A stretch of 64,000 nucleotides of DNA from an uncultured Planctomycetota bacterium. Its GTDB lineage: Bacteria; Planctomycetota; Planctomycetia; Isosphaerales; Isosphaeraceae. This document shows, one piece after another, positions 55,231 through 64,000 of the stretch. The stretch covers positions 192,001 to 256,000 of the forward strand of contig CAWJTV010000039.1 of NCBI GenBank assembly GCA_963845755.1, written 5' to 3'. The translations under genes were made by a program, and so were the position numbers. Below the pieces are notes generated by a model that ran no database searches, was not told the DNA's origin, and saw only the letters and a program-made list of their open reading frames with translations. Within the stretch, counting starts at the first letter, position 1; each line of letters opens with the position of its first letter.

Positions 55231-55589
55231 GAAGCGGATTCGTAACCGGATAATGAGCAGGCCCTGCGCGGTTCGCCAGCGAACGACAGTGACCGAGAAA
55301 AGAGACGTATGCGCATTGGCTTGTTCAAATGGCAGATGGTGGTCGTCGCGAGTTTCCTTCGGCTCTTCAGGCCGCCGGAGATCGGGCATGTGCCACGGAC
55401 CCCGGGTTCCACGCGGGGCTGGGCCCTTGAGGCTCGTTGGGCCGCCGAAGATCGACCGATAACGCGTGCGCAACCCATCTGTTACACGCTCGAAGACGAT
55501 GGTGCCGCGTCGATCGGTTGTTTTCCGGCCCCAAATCGGTCACAATGATCGCCCCGCTGACAGTTGTCGATGGTGCGAGATCGTGATCG

Positions 55590-56563
55590 ATGAAAAACGT
55601 GGGTTGGCTCTTCCTGGCGATCCTCATCGCGTATGGCTGCGCCGTGGTCGCGCCGCTTCTGCGATACCGGCTTCGGGGTCGAGTCGGCGTTTTCGTCGGC
55701 TGGTGCCTTGTGCCGATCATCCTGCTTTGCCCATTGCTCATCCCGTCCGCGAATATCGGGCTGCGGACCGTATCGGCCTTTACAACGGGCGACATCACCT
55801 TCAAGATGGTCGAGTCCTTTCGCCACTGGGGCCATGGGGAGCGGAGCATCGTCCTTCGCGATTACTACCGCTTCCTGATCCCGTTCCCGGTACTCGGCAT
55901 CGTCTATCCCGATCATAAGCGGCGGTTGCTGCATCCGGCGAGCCCGTGGCCGCAGCTTCTGCGTCTCTTGGGTGGGATCGTCGGTTTCACCATCGCCTTT
56001 CTGGCGGTGAGGGCTCTATCCCGTATCGCCCTGTTCCGATCGAGCTTCGCGCTGAACCATGCGGTGATTCTGCCGATCTTCGTGCTCGCCATCGAATCGC
56101 TCTCGCGAGCACTCTGGGGGCTCGAACGGCTGGCAGGATTCGACACGACTCCGATTATCCGAAACGCCTACCTGTCGCGGACGATCTCCGAGTTCTGGCG
56201 ACGGTACAACTACCGGACCCATGACTGGCTCTACCGCAACGTGTTCCAGGCGACCGGAGGCCGACGCGCCCCGGTTCGCTCCCTTTTGCTGGTGTTCCTG
56301 GTCAGCGGTTTATTCCACGAGGTGACGTTCGCGCTGGCGACCTCGCGACTGACGGGATATCAGTTTGCGTTCTTCACGATCCAGGGTCCGGCGGCGCTCG
56401 TCTCGGGCGCCTCGAGCGGCTGGCCAGGCGAGGCGGGATTGTGGGCAAGATCACGGCCCACGGAGCGACGATCCTCTTCATGGCCGTCACGTCCGTCCTC
56501 TTCTTCGACGGGGTCAGCAAGATCTTCCCCTTCGTCTATGTCAGCCCGTCGCCGCTGCCGTAG
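55590..56563 (+). CDS. MBOAT/wax-synthase-like membrane O-acyltransferase (frameshift near 56410)
   Basis: Multiple TMs; SRTISEFWRRYN and FLVSGLFHE motifs. Confidence 0.8.
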
Positions 56564-56810
56564 GATGCGTTCCCAATAAGCTCAGAATCGCGGCATGAAC
56601 TCGTTCCCACGGTCCCGCGTGAAGCGCAGGGTCAAGCGGCGCCGCCATCGACGAGATCCACATCGCCACCGAACGTCAGGATGTAGCCGTTCGGGTCTCG
56701 CACCTCCCACCGGATTCGGATCGCCCGCGCCTGGTTTTTCGGAGGATCGGTCATAGGATTGGCTCACTTTCGCCGCGCCGCCAGGCGCGTCATGAGACGT
56801 CAGCACGTCC

Positions 56811-57341
56811 TCAGCGCCGGGCCTCCGCGGCGCGCTTGGTCCACTGCCACAAACCGCCCGTCACACTCACGGGGAGCCGATGGCCGAGCTGTCGCGCCAC
56901 GAGGACGATCTGGCCCCGATGATGACCCTCATGAGCGACGAAATAGGCCAGCACATGCCCCACATCCAGCGGCAGGTTGCGCCAGGCATAGGCCGCGGTC
57001 GGCGGAATCTGTCCGTCTCGCTCGAGCCCCAGGGCCAGCAGGCTGGCGATCCCGCGGCCGCTGCGTTTCAGGGCGCGGGTCAATTGCGAGCGGGTCACCC
57101 GATGCCGATCAACCGCGGGGGGCACCGCGATCCCGTGTGGCTGTCCGAGCGTCTTGATCCACATGCAGCGCGCATTGTGGATATGGCCAGCAATCATCCG
57201 GATCGTGCGCCGCGGAGAACCCGGGACAGCCGCGTCCCACACTGCCACGGGGAGCTGCTCGACCAGGAAGGTCGTGACGCGGTTGTTCGTGGACCAGGCC
57301 TCCAGGAGGCTGTCACCCAGTGGTGAGGACCTGGACTTCAC
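56811..57341 (-). CDS. DinB-family protein
   Basis: HIHNARCMW and HEGHHRGQ metal-binding histidines. Confidence 0.85.
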   Translation of the reverse strand: MKSRSSPLGDSLLEAWSTNNRVTTFLVEQLPVAVWDAAVPGSPRRTIRMIAGHIHNARCMWIKTLGQPHGIAVPPAVDRHRVTRSQLTRALKRSGRGIASLLALGLERDGQIPPTAAYAWRNLPLDVGHVLAYFVAHEGHHRGQIVLVARQLGHRLPVSVTGGLWQWTKRAAEARR

Positions 57342-58085
57342 GGCTCCCCTCCGAATGTGCTGACGCTTAAAGTGTTCCTGGACGGATCCGGGTATCTCTC
57401 ACCCGCAGGCCGCACTGTGCAGCCTATCGCGCTGGAACCAGATCGCCGCAAGTCAAAGAGAATTCTATCACGCGGTTGTTCCATGGTGATGGTCCCTTCA
57501 GCGTGATCGGCGGTTTCCGTCAAGCCGCGGGCCCCGAGTTTCACCCGAGGCTGGGATCTCGCGGCCCTTCAAGCCGGCGCCGATCGGCCCTCATCTCGTG
57601 TGCGCGACCCACCTGTCAGGCCCTCTCGATTGTCTCGTGTCCGGCCCGTCAGCTTCGCACGCCATTTCGTCGGGCGGCCCGGGCACCGGCGTGTCGGTTC
57701 CATGTCTTCGGCGAGCATCGCCCGGGCCGAAGATTCGAACCCATGGTGTCGGATGCCTCACCAAGTCGCAGCGTCCTCATCTCCCTCGACTAATGACATT
57801 GCCAAGTGAGCGACAAAAGGCCCTTGTGTTCCGGGCATTGAAACAGCCATCCGCAACCCCAGTCCACAGGACGGTCGAAGAATTTCTGTCCGAAGCTGTA
57901 GTTCAGGTGAGCGTGTGACCCGAATTGAAAGAAATATCGTATGTCTTAGCCACAACTCTTACAAAGCATGGACTAGGGATCCTGGATCCAGGCGGGCCAT
58001 CCGGCGAGTTTGTCTCGCGTCAACACTTCTCGCCGAACACCACCCGATTCCTGCACCCATGAGTCGGATTCCCTGCGGCTACCCT

Positions 58086-58349
58086 TACCCCGAAGGCGTT
58101 AAACAGCAAAGCCCAGGGTCGCCGCAGGCGCACCCGGGGTCGCGAACACCCCGAATCTCGGAACCGCATCGAGGTTCCACAATGACGGACCGGTGGCATC
58201 CCATGCCGAGCGGACAGCGGGGTCGGGCTGGGGCGACCCCGTTGGGGTGTCGCCGGAGGATCGGGGAACGGGGGCGAGGTGGCGACGAGTCACTCCCAGG
58301 GTGCGCCTGCGGCGACTCTGGGCTCTGTTCTGCAACGCCTTCGGCGTAG
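58086..58349. repeat. Long REP-like inverted repeat
   Basis: CCGAAGGCGTT...GCCCAGGGTCGCCGCAGGCGCACCC / GGGTGCGCCTGCGGCGACTCTGGGC...AACGCCTTCGG. Confidence 0.8.
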
Positions 58350-58609
58350 AGAAGTTCGGCCGACCGAGGTGGTGATAAGCGAGGAATGTCCTAAACGCTG
58401 TCGCTCGAATCGGCTCGCCGTTGAGATTCCGACCCTGGTCGTCGGCCAAGAGACCTTGCCACAGCGCCGACGTATGCAACACAATTGTCAGGCGCCCTGG
58501 TTGGAACCAGGTCGTTCCCCTTGCAGGATCTCTGGACATCGTCCCGGGATGGAGGGGATGACCGACCGGTCGTGGTGAGCCGATCAGGCCAGGAGATCCA
58601 TCGTTGTCG

Positions 58610-60127
58610 ATGCTGTTGCGGTTGACGGGGATCAGCAAGGCCTTTGCCGGCGTGCAGGCGCTCAAGGGGGTATCGTTCGACCTGTGCGCGGGGGAAGTGC
58701 ACGCGTTGGTGGGCGAGAACGGGGCGGGGAAGTCAACCCTGATCAAGGTGATCACCGGCGCGCATCGCCAGGACGAGGGGACGCTCGAGGTCCAGGGGAA
58801 CCGGATCGAGGACAACGACCCGGTGCGTGCGCGGGAATTGGGGATCGCGGCGATCTACCAGCAGCCGGCGCTGTTCCCGGACCTGACGGTGGCGGAGAAC
58901 GTCGCGATCGGCCTGGAGCCGGGCGGCGCGTGGCGGCGGGTCCGGTGGAAGGCGCGTCGCGATCGGGCGCGGCGGCTGCTGGAACGGATCGGCGCGTCGA
59001 TCGACGTCGAGGCCGAGGTCCGCGGGTTATCGATGCCCGAGCAGCAGCTCGTCGAGATCGCGCGCGCCCTGGGCGCCGAGGCGCGGATCCTCATCATGGA
59101 CGAGCCGACCGCCTCGCTCAGCGACCAGGAGGTCGAGCGGCTGTTCCGCGTCATCGGCGATCTGAAGAGGCAAGGGGTGGGGATCATCTACATCTCGCAC
59201 CGGCTGGAAGAGCTGCCGCAGATCGCCGAGCGGGTGACCGCCCTGCGTGACGGGACCCTGATCGGCACGCGACGCATGGCCGAGGTCTCGCGCGCCGAGC
59301 TGATCCGGATGATGGTCGGGCGCGAGTTGTCGGCGGTCTTCCCCAAGTCGGCGGTCGCGTTCGGTGACGTCGTGCTGGAGGCGCGCGGGGTGGGGAATCG
59401 GGCGTCGGGCGTCCGGGATGTGGACCTGAGCGTCCGGGCCGGCGAGGTGCTGGGCGTGGCTGGGCTGGTCGGCGCCGGCCGGACCGAGCTGGCGCGGATC
59501 CTCTTCGGCCTGACCCCCGCCGACGCGGGCGAAGTCCGGCTCCGTGGCCGCGCGGTGGCCGTCGAATCCCCGGCCCAGGCGGTCGCGATGGGGATCGCGT
59601 ATGTCCCCGAGGATCGGCGGCGGCATGGGGTGATCCTCGAGATGACGACGGCGGCCAACGCGACGCTGGCGACCCTCCGCGCCCATTCCCGGCTCGGGCT
59701 CCTCGACCCCGGCAAGGAGCGGGCGACAGCCGGGCAGTTCGTCCGCCGGCTGGGAATCAAGACCCCGTCGCTCGAGACGCCGGTCGGCAACCTCTCCGGC
59801 GGCAACCAGCAGAAGGTGGCCCTGGCGCGCTGGCTGGCGTCTCGGCCCGCCGTGCTCATCCTCGACGAACCGACCCAGGGCGTGGACGTCGGGGCCAAGG
59901 CCGAGATCCACCGGTTGATGAACGAGCTGGCCCACGACGGCCTGGCCATCCTGATGATCTCCTCCGAGCTGCCCGAGATCCTCGGCATGAGCGACCGGAT
60001 CGCCGTCATGCACGGCGGGACCATCGTCGGACAACTGGATCGCGCCGGCGCGACCCAGGAGGCGATCCTGGAGCTGGCATTGGGCCACCAGTTGCCGCAA
60101 TTCAAGTCGGAGATCGCGAAGACGTGA
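58610..60127 (+). CDS. Sugar ABC transporter ATP-binding protein (two ABC domains)
   Basis: GENGAGKST, MDEPT, YISHRL, LSGGNQQK, LDEPTQGVDVGAK. Confidence 0.95.
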   Translation: MLLRLTGISKAFAGVQALKGVSFDLCAGEVHALVGENGAGKSTLIKVITGAHRQDEGTLEVQGNRIEDNDPVRARELGIAAIYQQPALFPDLTVAENVAIGLEPGGAWRRVRWKARRDRARRLLERIGASIDVEAEVRGLSMPEQQLVEIARALGAEARILIMDEPTASLSDQEVERLFRVIGDLKRQGVGIIYISHRLEELPQIAERVTALRDGTLIGTRRMAEVSRAELIRMMVGRELSAVFPKSAVAFGDVVLEARGVGNRASGVRDVDLSVRAGEVLGVAGLVGAGRTELARILFGLTPADAGEVRLRGRAVAVESPAQAVAMGIAYVPEDRRRHGVILEMTTAANATLATLRAHSRLGLLDPGKERATAGQFVRRLGIKTPSLETPVGNLSGGNQQKVALARWLASRPAVLILDEPTQGVDVGAKAEIHRLMNELAHDGLAILMISSELPEILGMSDRIAVMHGGTIVGQLDRAGATQEAILELALGHQLPQFKSEIAKT

Positions 60128-60184
60128 TCTGCGGAATTGGACGAGGAGGGATTTGTCTGGACCGCTTTGGCCCTTCGACGGCGC

Positions 60185-60511
60185 TCAGAATGGCATATCG
60201 AAGGAATAGTGGATGGCTTCCCACACCTCGTTCATCCGATCCGATGAGAGGGATGTGAGGTAATGGACCAGCAAGTCTTGATCGATCGTTGCGATGTTGT
60301 CGAGCGTGACGGCACTGCGGGTTGGTACGCCATCGTCCGGCTCGAGGACGACCTCCGAGTCGAGCCCCCGGATCGTCCGCGTTAGCGGCGCGACTGTCGC
60401 ATAGTGGAGCTTGGGCACGGCATCGTCGCGGGTCAGAATCAAGACAGGACGCCATCCCAGCGGATCGGGGAGATTGGCCCACCACACCTGTCCTTGAGCT
60501 TTATCGACCAT
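60185..60511 (-). CDS. PemK/MazF-family toxin
   Basis: GQVWWA.L....RPVLIL...VAPLT...SEV...S.V.LDNI.TI. Confidence 0.88.
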   Translation of the reverse strand: MVDKAQGQVWWANLPDPLGWRPVLILTRDDAVPKLHYATVAPLTRTIRGLDSEVVLEPDDGVPTRSAVTLDNIATIDQDLLVHYLTSLSSDRMNEVWEAIHYSFDMPF

Positions 60512-60719
60512 CGGGAGGATTCCATTCCGCAAAGTCTTCCGTGGACCATACCTGGGGGAGGAGGCTCCGCGTGGTCTCGACCCAGGACGACGGCTCGCTT
60601 TCCAGTGCGTTGAGGTAGGAGAGCATCGCTTCCTCGACGACTTCCGAGAGGGGCTGCGAGCGCTTTTGAGCGATCGCCTGGAGGCGACGCTCCAATTCCG
60701 GCTTGAGTTCTACGTTCAT
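60501..60719 (-). CDS. Ribbon-helix-helix antitoxin
   Basis: MNVELKPELERRLQAIA...LSEVVEEAM..YL, acidic tail; overlaps the toxin start. Confidence 0.8.
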   Translation of the reverse strand: MNVELKPELERRLQAIAQKRSQPLSEVVEEAMLSYLNALESEPSSWVETTRSLLPQVWSTEDFAEWNPPDGR

Positions 60720-60920
60720 GATCGTCTCCCCGCCGCTTTTCTGACAGGGCAAGCCCTCCGCTGCCACCCGCTCGACACAGCCGCGGTCTTCCAGCGTCGA
60801 TGTCTTGAATGTCCGTTCATTCACCAGGGTGAGACTATGCAAATCCGGTCCCGCCTGTCAATCGGCCCTGCGGTCCACGGGGTGATCCGATCGGCGGCAA
60901 TGGGCTTTGCTCGGTGGCCA

Positions 60921-61104
60921 TGATCCACCGGCCGATGAGCGATCTGGCCCGCGACGGGTTGGCCATCGTGATGATCTCGTGCGAGCTGCGCGAGACCCTC
61001 GGCATGAGCGACCGGATCGCCGTCATGCATGGCAGGACCATCATCGGAGAGCTGGATTGCACCGGCGCGACTCAGGAGGCGATCCTGGAGCTGGCCCCTG
61101 GGCC
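60921..61104 (+). pseudogene. Degenerate duplicate of the ABC ATPase 3' end (59905-60086)
   Basis: IHRPMSDLARDGLAIVMISCELRETLGMSDRIAVMHG...ATQEAILELA. Confidence 0.85.
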
Positions 61105-61619
61105 GCCGGTCGCCGCCGCCGCGCTGACAGCCCGACTCTGATATCGATCGGGAATTCAGCGCCAATTTCGATCGTCAGGCGAGCGCCACCAACAGCGTCT
61201 CCTTCCTTGGTCTCTCCCCATCGAAGGCGTGCGAAACGGTCTCCTTCTTTGTTTCGTTCCACCGAGGAGCGACGCATTCTGGAAAACTGTTCCTCGTTTC
61301 GATCAGGCGAGGAACCTCACTCAGGGTGTACCACCTCCGTCCTTGCTGTCTGACCTGAGCCAGCTTGGGGGTGCTCCCTGTCGGTTTCCTGCGCGCCCTG
61401 GCTGTGGCATGCGTCGGTGTCGTCGGACCGGAGTGCGCAAGCGATGATTCCACTGCTCCCAATCCGCACATTGGGGCGAGATCGTCAACGAACCCTGGGG
61501 TTCGGGGGTGAAGGACCTGGCTTCAAGAGGACTGAGAGTCTGTCCCAGAAGGGCGAGCGGGGGGCGTCAGCCCCCTGTCCGGTGAGCGACGGACCTCCAA
61601 GACAGGGGGCAGACGCCCC

Positions 61620-62999
61620 TGTCACCCGACAGTAGGTTTTGCCGCGAATCCCGACAAAAAGGTTTTGCCGCCTCGTGGCGGGGGGTAGTCTGTGATGGTC
61701 CGATCCTGCCAACTCCTGCGAGGGTCACTATGCCCGCTCCACTCCCGCCGACAACCCGGCGCCTCATCTTGCTACGATCCCGTCGCGGCCAGACCGCGGC
61801 GGCCATCGCGGACGCCCTGCATCTCTGCCCCCGCACGGTCCGGCACCTGCTCCAGCGGGCTCGCGACCCGGCGAGCCCTCAGGGGACCGCTTATCGGCCC
61901 GGTCCGGGGCGGCCCGCCGACGACCACCCGCTCCGAGCCCAGGCCCTGGCCCTGCGACAGCAGCATCCGACCTGGGGAGCGGGCTACATCCGCGTCCGCC
62001 TGGCCACCGAGGCCGACCCGGCGACGGTGCCTAGCGAGCGCACGTTGCAGCGCTGGTTCCGCCGCCAGCGGCACCCGCCTGCGGCGGGGGGACGGCGGTC
62101 GCCGTCGGCCGCCGACCGTGCCATCGCCCCGCATGACATCTGGCAGAGGGACGCCGCGGAGCAACTCCGCACGGCCGACGGCCAGGGCGCCTGCTGGCTG
62201 CGGCTGGTGGATGAATATACGGGGGCCTTCCTGGGCACCACGGTTTTCCCCCCACTACTACTGGGCCCACGTCCCCGAGGCCGAGGTGCAGCGGCACTTG
62301 CGCCGCGCCTTCGAGCGGTGGGGGCTGCCGTGCCGCATGCGGGTCGATAACGGCAAGCCGTGGGGGTCCTGGAGCGACCTGCCCCCGCGCTGGCGTTGTG
62401 GCTGATCGGCCTGGGGGTCGGCGTGATCTGGAACGACCCGCGGCGGCCGCAACAGAACGGCGTGGTGGAGCGGTCGCAGGGGACGGCCAAGCGGTGGGCG
62501 GAGCCGCACGCCTGCGGCAACCCGGCGGAGCTGCAGGCCCGCCTGGACGCCGACGACCGGCTGCAGCGGGAGCGGTATCCCGTCGCCGGGGGACACAGCC
62601 GTTGGGAGCTGTTCCCGGGTCTGGTGCACAGCGGCCGCGCCTACCGCGAGGCGGACGAGGCCGGCGCGTGGTGCCTGGGGCGGGTGCGCGACCACCTGGC
62701 GGAGTGGGCCGTGCCGCGCCGGGTGGACAGCCAGGGAAAGGTGTCGATCTATAACAGGAATATCTATGTAGGAGTGTTGTATGCGGGCCGGGACGTCTGG
62801 GTCCAGTTCGACCCGGGGCACGGCGAGTGGCTGATCAACGACGGCGGGGGCCAGCAGCTGCGGGCCCGGCCGGCCCCCGAGATCGACGCGGAGTCGATCC
62901 GCGGGTTGCGATTGTCGGGACGGAAGTAGGGACCGCCGGGTGTCCATGCGGCAAAACCTTTATGTCGGGATTCGCGGCAAAACCTACTGTCGGGTGACA
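61620..62999 (+). mobile_element. IS481-like insertion sequence (1380 bp)
   Basis: TGT...ACA ends; ~52-bp inverted repeats with doubled AGGTTTTGCCGC; GCCCC duplicated on both sides. Confidence 0.85.
61730..62929 (+). CDS. DDE (rve) transposase, two frameshifts
   Basis: HTH; HP.WG; WQRDA...LVDEYTG...RVDNG.PW...PQQNGVVER. Confidence 0.88.
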
Positions 63000-63311
63000 G
63001 CCCCCCGCTCGCCCGGACCGGCCCCTTCGGGGACAGACTCTCAGTGGTTTGGGACGGCCGAGCCGAGGCAATCACACGGTCCGCGCGGCGGCGATGCACA
63101 GCCTCGACGCGGCCCGGACGAAAAAATATTCGCGGGAGATGTCGGGCTCGAGGCCGCGCGACTCGGTTTAAAGGGTGAAGGCAATCAGCCAGGGTTACTC
63201 GCCCTTGAGCAACCCACCTCCGCGCAGGCGCACCAGTGCTTGATGATGAAATGACGACCAGCCTTCAAGGCGGAAATTGACTTCACATCGCATCACGGTA
63301 GAACACGTGTC

Positions 63312-63644
63312 ATGGTAGCGGGCAGGCCCTCAACCGCTCAAACCGGAGGACTCTACGTGATAACGGACAACGTCAATCGTCAGAGGCAGCACGGGCTGGC
63401 CTTACGCGTTCGCGAGATTCGCAAAGATCAGTACGGGGAATACGGCGCCCAGCTCCTGGCCGATGCCCTGGAGGTCCGGGTTGAGACCTGGCTCAATTAC
63501 GAGTCGGGGGTCACAATGCCGGCTCACGTCGTCTTGAAACTGATTGACATCGCGCGGGTCAATCCCCATTGGCTGCTCACCGGCCAGGGAGACCCGCATG
63601 ATGATCGAACGTGCGAGTGCCAGACGGGTCGCCCTCTGCTTTGA
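63312..63644 (+). CDS. XRE-like HTH protein (start uncertain)
   Basis: LALRVREIR...LADAL....TWLNYESG...VNPHWLLTGQG. Confidence 0.75.
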   Translation: MVAGRPSTAQTGGLYVITDNVNRQRQHGLALRVREIRKDQYGEYGAQLLADALEVRVETWLNYESGVTMPAHVVLKLIDIARVNPHWLLTGQGDPHDDRTCECQTGRPLL

Positions 63645-63752
63645 GCAACGCCGAGCTCGGATGGATCGCCGTTCCGCACCACGGCGGCCGGTCCGAGCGG
63701 GAAATGCGGAGTGCTGCCCCGGGCAGCCGGGTTCAACGCGGCCCGGGGTCGG

Positions 63753-64000
63753 CTAGCATCGTTTGCGCTCGGCGCGAATGCGACAAAGCTCGTCGTCTTG
63801 CTTCTTCCGTCCGTCCATCCATTTCACGGACCGGTCGAAGAAGGTCCGCGCCTTGTCGCGGGCACCCAATCGCCAGTGAGCCATGGCCAGGAAGAACCAG
63901 TCGGAGGGGGTACCGTCCGCCTGCAGGCTCATCGCCCTCTCCAATTCGGCGACGGCTGCCCTGTCGTCGCCGCTGCGGTAGTAGGCCACACCGAGGGTAT
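63753..64000 (-). CDS. TPR-containing C-terminus (probably of a Ser/Thr kinase), 5' end beyond window edge
   Basis: TLGVAYYR...DWFFLAMAHWRLG..DKAR..FDR.V.WM. Confidence 0.8.
   Translation of the reverse strand, partial: TLGVAYYRSGDDRAAVAELERAMSLQADGTPSDWFFLAMAHWRLGARDKARTFFDRSVKWMDGRKKQDDELCRIRAERKRC

Noticed and set aside
1..64000. Widespread frameshifts as mass pseudogenisation or recoding
   Set aside because: They also hit housekeeping genes (pdhC, mqnD, dehydrogenase) as isolated single-base indels, which fits long-read consensus error better.
1..64000. tRNA, rRNA, riboswitch, reverse transcriptase or cas genes
   Set aside because: None recognised; a covariance-model scan would be needed to exclude small RNAs.

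Overview
GC-rich bacterial DNA that looks like a planctomycete of the Isosphaeraceae type (inferred from LEPR-xLL leader proteins, an ECF sigma/Ser-Thr kinase-WD40 pair, planctomycete-style LRRs and REP-like hairpins). Many genes, including housekeeping ones, are broken by single-base indels, which suggests an unpolished long-read assembly, so most frameshifts are not treated as biological. Core genes: PfkB kinase, glucose dehydrogenase, galM, mqnD-like, acnA, pdhABC, rhaA and a sugar ABC ATPase. Accessory content: (1) 1.1-6.5 kb, an integrase-less integron cassette array with two attC sites and a candidate attI/Pc, carrying a dynamin-like GTPase and a three-gene cassette with a PD-(D/E)xK nuclease fused to a glycine zipper. 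(2) 9.5-12.6 kb, four unrelated small genes, each bounded by one of two families of short quasi-palindromic sites (3 x 26 bp and 3 x 31 bp); this is the best candidate for an undescribed non-integron cassette system. (3) A 4.07-kb IS21-family element with a 6-bp target duplication and two extra genes. (4) A decayed tyrosine recombinase. (5) Two toxin-antitoxin-like modules, each flanked by a partial duplicate of a neighbouring gene. (6) Divergent Ig-repeat and RHS genes. (7) A glycosyltransferase with palindromic repeats inside its coding sequence. (8) An IS481-type element inserted into a REP hairpin. Family assignments come from motif recognition only; no searches were run.
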